A program made the position numbers and the translations under genes. Of a stretch of 33,666 nucleotides of DNA, positions 20,177-28,769 are shown one piece after another (the first letter of the stretch is position 1; each line of letters begins with the position of its first letter). Where the stretch lies: positions 1 to 33,666 of the forward strand of contig QPMI01000018.1 in assembly GCA_004431415.1 (NCBI GenBank), written 5' to 3'. This DNA comes from Cyanophora paradoxa CCMP329 (Eukaryota > Plantae > Glaucophyta). Under the pieces are notes generated by a model. It saw only the letters and a list, made by a program, of their open reading frames with translations, did not search any database and had not been told where the DNA came from.

Positions 20177-21262
20177 TCAAATAAAAAGAAATGCATGAAA
20201 ACCCACATTGATGCCAAAACGTAAGCAAGACGGACCGGACGGCGCGGTACCAGGATCGTTTTCAACGAACACCTTTTTATACTCCTCCGCCATCGTGTCC
20301 ATGAACTTGCGCTCATCATCATCACCTTCCAAATCTTCGCAATGTTTCCAGTCGGAGACAGCACGCTCCGGCCTGAAGTCGACCTCTCGTGCGACAGACT
20401 CCATGAAAAACAAGACCCAAGGACCACAGTGGCTAGCGGCATCGGATCCGTGCTTGTCTTGAAGGACATTGTTTCGAATCTCGATCTTGTCTGTTTCGTC
20501 GACGATTGTAAAATCACGGAAAGCATCCACAAGCAACGTCTCCAATGCGTTTTCAATCGGGTCTTGCAGCGAGTCAAACCAGCGAATCCGCCTTGAACGG
20601 AAGTCGAAGACGAGAAGACACCAGTGTTGCCAGGCTGTGGATGCGTACAAGCCTTTCCAGACTACAATCGGCAAGAAACATAGCTTCCACTTTCCACCGA
20701 TGTTGTCAATGACACTGCGGCTGATTGCAGGGTCTCGATTTGCGAGCGCTTCCATTATCGAAAGCGCATCATCGATAGAGAGCGCCCATAGAAGAGCGAC
20801 GTCCCCGTGCGCAATCAAATCCTTCAAAAGATGGGCTGCAGCGAAGTCCAAATGGCAGTCCTAACCAAGACGAAAGTTCAATGCAGCCAAAAAGAAGCAT
20901 TGCCGCAAATATTTTGCTGCCCGCACCGTATAACAAGAATTGGAACCTTCCGGGAGTCCGTCGTGCGGAAACTCATCCACAAAGCGTTTGGAGTATATGG
21001 TGCCAAATGGAGCCCGATCTCGCTGGCGGTTTGGAGTATATTGAACCAACTGGAGCCCGAAAGGACAACGATTGGCAGGTCCCCGCGCTCCAGTCTGCTC
21101 ATCTAGGCAACGAATACACAACCTGCGCGCGGATCGCAGTCACAAAGAGCTGCGTACGCGGTCAACCTGGCGGGCGAACCCTTCGTCACATCTCTCGCAT
21201 TTCAGCACCGCAGCGTTCGAATTCGTGACGCCGCAGACGGAGCAAGACACCTCTGGAGTTCG
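20177..21262 (-). CDS. Ulp1/SENP-family (peptidase C48) protease with N-terminal PHD/ADD-like Cys-rich zinc finger; start exon unresolved
   Basis: Catalytic motifs QHWCLLVFD (His 20624-26), WFDSL (Asp 20573-75), LQD and SHCGPWVL (Cys 20426-28). Exons 21262-21180, 21122-20927 and 20860-20177 join in frame via GT-AG introns of 57 and 66 nt, each containing an in-frame stop. The product reads CSVC-x11-CERC-x4-CIRC...CPF, then CYTDCHLDF. Confidence 0.85.
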
Positions 21263-21627
21263 CTGCGCGTGCACGGGAGAAGCGCGTTAGGGAGAAGAGC
21301 ACGGGAGAAGCGCGTTAGGGAGTTGTGCAGACCGCGCAATCTCGGAATGTGTGCTGTTGTGCATGCTGCATCTGTTGATAAGGACGACCCGTACGCGTTG
21401 AAGTCGACAGTGATTAGGGGGGTACACACTGAAACCGATTTGAAAGCCGGCAGCGACGGTAGAAACCGTAGAAAGCCGGCAGCGCGTAGGATCGTGTAGA
21501 GTAACTAAGACTTACTTCCAATGCAGCTCCGCGATCGGGCGAAGCGAAAGTGAGCGTGCTGCTGCCTCTAGATCTGTTCCTCTATCTCTTGTGCCAAAAA
21601 CGCTGAACAACGCTCACGTGCACGCTC

Positions 21628-21672
21628 GGGGGGCGCGGAAACTCGGGGGGTGGGGGTGGGGGGCGGGGGGGG
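21628..21672 (+). other. G-quadruplex-forming tract
   Basis: Five G-runs of 5-8 nt; the last four are separated by single bases. Confidence 0.7.
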
Positions 21673-21713
21673 TCAGACTAGTCCCAGCCTCGCTTTAGAG
21701 TGCTTTTGACATT

Positions 21714-23417
21714 TACAATATATATATATAGCTGTTCATCAAGGTAGAAAGCACCATTAACCGGGGCAGGGGCTCGGCTTGCCTCAATGCCCCACCCAGC
21801 GACCGAGCCATCATTTCTGAGAAGAGTGCGGGGCGAACGTTTTTCTTCCATTTTCGATTAGTCGTACATCAATGTAGAAAGCACCCTAAACCGGGGCAGG
21901 GGCTCGGCTGGCCTTCCATTTTCGCGGACGAAGTTGACACTTTCGAGTTGAAATTCGGAAGAAACTGATGGCTGGCTGGCAGAGCTTGACCTCCTTGCGC
22001 AAGTCCCCGTCAAGGGCGGCCCATCGCTCGGAGATGATAAGGGCAATAGCTTTGTGTGTCTGCCGAGTGAGCTTTCCCTCGCCGATGTAGAAGCCAACGC
22101 AGTCTTACAATATATATATAGCTGTTCATCAAGGTAGAAAGCACCATTAACCGGGGCAGGGGCTCGGCTTGCCTCAATGCCCCCCCCAGCGACCGAGCCA
22201 TCATTTCTGAGAAGAGTGCGGGCGAACGTTTTTCTTCCATTTTCGATTAGTCGTACATCAATGTAGAAAGCACCCTAAACCGGGGCAGGGGCTCGGCTGG
22301 CCTTCCATTTTCGCGGACGAAGTTGACACTTTCGAGTTGAAATTCGGAAGAAACTGATGGCTGGCTGGCAGAGCTTGACCTCCTTGCGCAAGTCCCCGTC
22401 AAGGGCGGCCCATCGCTCGGAGATGATAAGGGCAATAGCTTTGTGTGTCTGCCGAGTGAGCTTTCCCTCGCCGATGTAGAAGCCAACGCAGTTTTACAAT
22501 ATATATATAGCTGTTCATCAAGGTAGAAAGCACCATTAACCGGGGCAGGGGCTCGGCTTGCCTCAATGCCCCCCCCAGCGACCGAGCCATCATTTCTGAG
22601 AAGAGTGCGGGGCGAACGTTTTTCTTCCATTTTCGATTAGTCGTACATCAATGTAGAAAGCACCCTAAACCGGGGCAGGGGCTCGGCTGGCCTTCCATTT
22701 TCGCGGACGAAGTTGACACTTTCGAGTTGAAATTCGGAAGAAACTGATGGCTGGCTGGCAGAGCTTGACCTCCTTGCGCAAGTCCCCGTCAAGGGCGGCC
22801 CATCGCTCGGAGATGATAAGGGCAATAGCTTTGTGTGTCTGCCGAGTGAGCTTTCCCTCGCCGATGTAGAAGCCAACGCAGTCTTACAATATATATATAG
22901 CTGTTCATCAAGGTAGAAAGCACCATTAACCGGGGCAGGGGCTCGGCTTGCCTCAATGCTCCACCCAGCGACCGAGCCATCATTTCCGAGAAGAGTGCGG
23001 GGCGCTCGTTTATCGTCCTTTTTCTAAAAGTCGTGATGGCTATCATATTCGCGGAGCAGAGGCTTGGTTGCCCTTCCATTTTCTAGGAAGACGGCCGATG
23101 CCCCCCCCAGCGACCGAGCCATCATTTCTGAGAAGAGTGCGGGGCGAACGTTTTTCTTCCATTTTCTATTAGTCGTACATCAATGTAGAAAGCACCCTAA
23201 ACCGGGGCAGGGGCTCGGCTGGCCTTCCATTTTCGCGGACGAAGTTGACGCTTTCGAGTTGAAATTCGGAAGAAACTGATGGCTGGCTGGCAGAGCTTGA
23301 CCTCCTTGCGCAAGTCCCCGTCAAGGGCGGCCCATCGCTCGGAGATGATAAGGGCAATAGCTTTGTGTGTCTGCCGAGTGAGCTTTCCCTCGCCGATGTA
23401 GAAGCCAACGCAGTCTT
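21714..23417 (+). repeat. ~390-bp tandem array, 4 units: diverged hairpin repeat plus ~190 bp of the LRR gene last exon
   Basis: tacaatatatatatag starts at 21714, 22106, 22495 and 22885; the last unit has an extra hairpin copy. It shares gaaagcacc, ggctcg, gaccgagccatcatttc and gagtgc with the 157-bp unit. Confidence 0.97.
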
Positions 23418-24103
23418 GCGCCGTTTGAAGGGCCTTAAAAAACGCCACGCCAGCCGCGTTCGTCAACTGTGACATACCCAATCAACGTACCTGTGACATA
23501 ATCACCACATGATCAACGTTAACGTACCTTGTCATTCTCGCCAACATTTACACCACGGATACAGAGCCCCGGAATTCCGAGAATCGGCAGGATGTACGCC
23601 TCAAACGAAGCGTCGTCCAAGCCCCAGCCGTGGCAGCGAAGAGCGCGCAATTGGCAGAGCTTACTGGCTTGCTTCGTGATGACCGCGAGCAGGCGCTGGA
23701 GCTAGAAGTATGTAGAGGTCAGCAAGGAGAAGCGCCGCGCAAGCTTGCATATGCATGCGCTGGCGTGCCTGATGCTCGGGAATGTCGGTTTTGTGACCAA
23801 GCAGCTGGATGGAGTCAAGTCCTTCTAGATCGTGCTCGGAAGCGATGCGATCGATCAGCTTGTCGAGCTCTTTGTTCGCACGCCAATCATTCCACTTCCC
23901 ACTCGAGCTGTGCAGATCGGCGAGGCTCAGGTCGTTGCTTTTCAGCAGCGCCAGCAGCGACGCCGTGCGCTCTGCAAGGCGATTCAAATTCAAAGCGCGG
24001 CAACTGCAGGCGCACAGTGCCACGCACCACGTCCCCACGATGATGTCCGCGTGACAAGATTCGGTTGCCACTGCGGCCGGTAGGCGGGCTCGTCGACGTC
24101 CAT
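23197..24103 (-). CDS. Leucine-rich-repeat (RNI-like) protein, 4 exons, 240 aa
   Basis: Exons 24103-24028, 23971-23769, 23701-23528 and 23466-23197 total 723 nt and splice in phase (GT-AG, GC-AG, GT-AG). Product contains LRALRCHGWGLDDAS, IRGVNVGENDKLTNAAG and VGFYIGEGKLT. Confidence 0.7.
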
Positions 24104-24176
24104 GCGGACGGTCTGTAAAGTACGGTACCCCAACAGCACAGACGGAGTCTGACGGACTTGTACGGTGCAGCTCTCA

Positions 24177-26163
24177 ATGCAGCTCTGCGCTCGAGCGAAG
24201 CGAAAGAACGAGCGCGCTTCAGCTAGCACTTCGTCCGATGACGGGAGAGACTTCTTCGCAATGCTCCCCGACGATCTTGTCGTGCGCATATTTAGCCACG
24301 TGGAAGCTATGGAGGCATACGATACGTGTCAGCTCTGGCGCTTGAATCGGCGCCTTGGCCGTCTCGTCCGAGACGTGCTGTGGGAACGGCTGCAAATTGA
24401 CGTAGACATCTTGTGCGAGCGTACCGCGCCCGCCGCGGAGAGCAAATTGTCTTCTTTTTATAGCACAAACGCAGCGCCGTGGCGTGCACGTCCGCACGCG
24501 AGCGCGGTTTCGGACGAACAGCGGATCGTAAAAGCCCTTTCCCGGCAGCACAATCGAATAGTGGCACTCGTGGAGACCCGAATGTTTGCTGGATGTAGGC
24601 GGCTCGAGATATATGACGTTCTGGGCTCAGCCGTCATGAACGTTAATCCTCGGTGGTGTCCGTGTATAATGGCAGAGTCTGCCGCAGAGTCGTATGTTCG
24701 CCTCATACAGAGTGCGTCACGAGCGCAATCAATTCATCTCCGTTGCCTGACCGTTGAATGGCAGAAATTATTTCAGCTTTGACGAAGCCCCCCGCAAGCG
24801 GCCCTGAGGAATTGTTCTTCGGTGCAGGCCTCCTAGGATATTGCGGGCAAACTGAATTCCCCCGAGAGTTTGGAGTTGCAATCGATTTCCTGTCGTCGGT
24901 CACCAGTTCTCCCGTCCGTACGTTACGGGTCGGCTCAGAACGTCTTTTGCAAGATATCGTGGATGCAGCTGTTCCAGGCTGCGTTCCCACTCTGGAGGAT
25001 ATCAGCGCTGTGATTCCTCCGGAATTGCATGGAATAGAAATTGCGAATTTCATGGATGCCGCTCTTACCGTGAGCATTATTATAATCGAAAAATGATAAT
25101 GCTCAGATGCAGTCTAATTTCAGAATGCGCAGGAGAAAATGGCACGTTTGTGGCCAGCGCTGCAGCGGCTTCACAGCGGGTTTCGTGGAGGGGAATCCCT
25201 GCTAGCACTACTGCCGCTCCCCTTGACGGACTTAAAAGCGACCATTTGTGGAGCACACAACGCTGCTGAGGCGCAATCCGTTGATAAGGCGCTCGAGGCT
25301 CTTAAGCCCAGTATTTTGAAGTCACTGAGATTCGCTTGCAACACGTATGATGAAATCGTTCTCGGAGCAGCAAGCCCACGTACGATTGCTTCTATTCTTC
25401 GTTTTTTGAATCTTTCAGAGTTGGATATTACGGTCCGTTTGCTGCGAGAAGTATTTGATTTGCGAGATGCTTACTCCTCTCAGGTTTCCGAGAACTCCGG
25501 TTTTGGTTTGGCGGAGCTGGGCGCACTTACAAGACTTCGGAGTATGAGACTCACGTGCGAGTTTAACGTGCGTAATGGTTGTTGCTGGGCAGTTTTTTGG
25601 AAGATTCTTGACGTACACCGCGATCACAGACCGCTTTGGATTCGAATTCTGGAGCGGGTGTTCTCCGATCCGCTACTACGGGGTTTAGATCGAGTTCATC
25701 TCTCAAGTCCTGGAGATCGTAATGAGGATATCCATGCATACGCGCGACGACCACATAATATCAACAACTCTTGAAGACGTCATCCTCGCGTCGCAGCAGT
25801 TTTTAACAAAGCTAACGACGGTCAACGTTCCGCCGTGGTACCTGCAGGTATGTTTTACTTGGTGCTGATCTCGACTGGCGATTTCACAACGTGTTGCACG
25901 CGCAGGCAGCCGTTTCATCTCCGAAACTCGAATCTCTAAGTGTCAAATACCCATGGCAAGACGGGACATTGGCACGCCTTTCTGCACTCTCGGCGTTGCG
26001 GGGGATTTCGAAAGAAAGAGCAAGACAGTTTGAGGTCTCTTTGGTCGTGTCCAAGGAGCTTGTGGAGTCAGCGCGTCGTGCTGTGTCACCCTGGGTTGAA
26101 GGGCGTTTTACCGTAAGCGTTGGCGACTATCCTAGCACGCTGTTAATTCAATATCTCGCATAA
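24177..26163 (+). CDS. F-box protein with LRR-like C-terminal region, 5 exons, ~580 aa, one apparent -1 frameshift near 25705
   Basis: F-box motif FAMLPDDLVVRIFSHV...LWRLNRRLGRLV. Phase-consistent introns at 24712-24776, 25070-25123 (or 25132), 25568-25629 and 25848-25905. LRR-like segments NLSELDI, ALTRLRSMRL and PKLESLSV. Confidence 0.8.
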
Positions 26164-26437
26164 TTTCAATATCTCTCATGAGAAAGACGCTCTTCCCGTG
26201 CACTTCCTTAGTTCCCGGAATGAAAGCTTGGTCGCGGGCACTGAAAGCTTGGCAGGGGTTGCTCATGCAGTTGGCGACTATCTAGGACGCTGTAAATTCA
26301 TATCTCTCACGCGAAAGAGGCTCGAGAATGGTCCGTCTTGCTTACGTTTTGGCATCAATGTGGATATTCATGCATTTCTTTGTATTTCAAAGGTTTCTCG
26401 TTTGCGGACATTTTTAACATCTCAAGGCGAGATCTCC

Positions 26438-27036
26438 TCCTCGAGAATGGAAGGCCAGACGAGCCTCTGCTCCGCTCTAGGTGCTTTCAAACATGATAAG
26501 CATCTTGACTAACAGAAAAAGAAAGATAAATGTTCGCCGGCACTCCTCCCCGGAAATGATGGCTCGGTCACTGGGTGGGGCATCGGACCTCGTCCTCGAG
26601 AATGGAAGGCCAGACGAGCCTCTGCTCCGCTCTAGGGTGCTTTCGAACATGATTAGCATCTTGACTAACAGAAAAAGAAAGATAATGTTCGCCCGGCACT
26701 CCTCCCGGAAATGATGGCTCGGTCACTGGGTGGGGCATCGGACCTCGTCCTCGAGAATGGAAGGCCAGACGAGCCTCTGCTCCGCTCTAGGGTGCTTTCG
26801 AACATGATTAGCATCTTGACTAACAGAAAAGAAAGATAAATGTTCGCCCGGCACTCTTCCCCGGAAATGATGGCTCGGTCACTGGGTCGGGCATCGGACC
26901 TCGTCCTCGAGAATGGAAGGCCAGACGAGCCTCTGCTCCGCTCTAGGGTGCTTTCGAACATGATTAGCATCTTGACTAACAGAAAAAGAAAGATAAATGT
27001 TCGCCCGGCACTCTTCCCGGAAATGATGGCTCGGTC
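26438..27036 (-). repeat. Inverted copy of the 157-bp array, ~3.8 units (further partial copy 27155-27190)
   Basis: Reverse complement of the 19373-20000 units with scattered 1-nt deletions. Confidence 0.97.
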
Positions 27037-27264
27037 GCAGAATTCGAAGTCTATTTCCACCCTCAAATAATGGTGGTGGTCGCAGATGCTGGCTCCGGTC
27101 GAGAAAAACAGCACTTTGCAATTTCTACACCACATTCTAGAAAGCCCTGCCCCGCCGTTCGCCCCGCACTCTTCTCGGAAATGATGGCTCAATTCAATTG
27201 AATTCAAAAGTGTACGTCAGATGTCCCATTTGCTTCACATCTTTACTGGCCTGCTCCTCTTTCA

Positions 27265-28087
27265 GGCGCTTGGAAATGTCCTAAAGAACTCGATGTCGCA
27301 GTTGCTGAGGCGGAGTCCGCAGATGTCGCGAAGCGCTTTATCCACGGACGGATGAAGAGGATCGCGAACGCGGAAACCACCAGAACAGAGCTGAAACATG
27401 CGCAGCGGCTCTTCGCCACTTGAAAGCCTTCGAGGGTGACCATACAGATGTGCTCCCAGAGTCCCCTGCGCTCATGATCACTGGCTATGTGAAAGCAGAA
27501 TTTCTCGGGTAAATTAAAACAGAAGGCCATGCGCACTGTTCAGGTCCAGAGGCCCCTCCCCTCCGACGGCAGAGATTCAATCAGGGTGGTGCAGTAATTC
27601 GTGTCCTCACCTTCTCCTTCGAGATCGCTGTCCTCGCCCGATTGGGGAGGATGTCGAAGGCCCGCGACTGCCGGTGGAGCTTGGCGATCCGAAGCGCCAA
27701 ATTAGCGAAGGGCCGAACGTCCATAGGGATTTCGTCCAAAGTGCTGGCACTCTCGATAGCCAGGATGATGGCGCATATGCACAGTGGGGCTGACGGGTTC
27801 TCGACACAGGTACGACACGGAAGCTCCTTTGGCCGCTCTTCTGCTGCTTCGTCATCGCTGAGAGCTCTTGCGTCGTTCTTGGCGGCTGCAGCCCGCTCCT
27901 CAGCCTTCCGCAGACGTCGATAGATCTCCGCAACCGCTTCCGCTGACGCTTGCCTCTCGAGCTGCCGCCGCGTCGCCTCATCCACGCTGACGTTTTCGGC
28001 TGTGCGCTCCTCGCGCGCGCGCTTCTGCGCACGCGCCGGGCCGCTTTCCTCTGGTTCGAGCGCGCGTTTCTCCTCGCCGCTCTCCAT
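27265..28087 (-). CDS. Hypothetical protein with charged/coiled-coil N-terminus and CxxC...CxC motif; 3' exon structure unresolved
   Basis: ATG at 28087 opens ~160 codons (MESGEEKRALEP...PCRTCVENPSAPLCIC). Candidate donors at ~27610 and ~27536; protein-like frame downstream to ~27265. Confidence 0.5.
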
Positions 28088-28769
28088 TCTCAACGTATGT
28101 CAACACACGTGTCGCTGCGGATTCGGAGGAGGTCGATTTCTTTGTGCAAGGTTGCAGGGGTACGCTACCTGCAGGGGTACGCTACTCACAATTTGAAGAC
28201 TCCTACAAGCATGAGCTCTGAAGAGCAGGCCAGCATGCCCTTGACTAGACCATGGGAAGGCTCTTTTAACATGGTGGATGTACAGTGCAAACTGTTTTCA
28301 TTGCATGCGTATCGGAATTCCGACTTCGATGCGCACGTTCGTAACCTTGGCATGATTGTGTCACCTTACTTGTGCTGACATTTGAATTTCAGCCAGATGC
28401 TTGCAAAAACTCCAATCTAAACTATTTCCGCTCGTACGACACATCAAGTGCTTCAGGTGTAGTTCCATCCGAGTCGAACATTTTTGTGCGGTTTTTCTGC
28501 AGTCGAACTGCAGTGCGAACTGCGGCGAATAACACATCTGTCCATGACAGATTGTTTTCAAAGGCGAGGGAAGTGTCCGCCTTCACGGAAATGTAACCTT
28601 TTATTTCAAGGATCCTGATTCTGACCCGTATACATGGAGAGGGAACGCAAGGTAAGGAAACTCGTGATTGCGTTTTTCGTTCTTACCCGCACACTCGCAG
28701 CTGGAAACCACACATCCTTTCTCAAGGATCCGCACTGGATGTAGCCGTCCCTGGTTTTACGATGTTTAA

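Larger units (their letters stand above)
19131..27131. mobile_element. Foldback-like segment bounded by long inverted arms, no transposase inside
   Basis: 19131-19172 is the reverse complement of 27090-27131 (40/42 nt). 157-bp arrays are inverted in the two arms. 20133-20236 is inverted at 26330-26432. No TSD found. Confidence 0.5.

Noticed and set aside
20878-21102. ORF MSRLERGDLP... as first exon of Ulp1
   Set aside because: Possible in phase, but its donor (GTTCCA) is weaker. The alternative gives a GTGCGG donor, a coherent zinc finger and a Ulp1-like CYTDCHLDF junction. Not fully excluded.
19208-23417. Hammerhead ribozyme, SECIS or C/D snoRNA in the hairpin unit
   Set aside because: No CUGANGA core with a properly placed GAAA. 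ATGATG is present but lacks the matching SECIS GA quartet or a box D CTGA.
24712-24782. Frameshift or premature stop in the F-box gene
   Set aside because: Resolved by a phase-1 GT-AG intron at 24712-24776.
19208-27036. Arrays as CRISPR
   Set aside because: Units are wholly repeated with no unique spacers, there are no cas genes, and the context is eukaryotic.
19110-27200. Target-site duplication for the inverted-arm segment
   Set aside because: Flanks tggtagttcg and acattctaga do not match, and a partial repeat at 27155-27190 blurs the right end.
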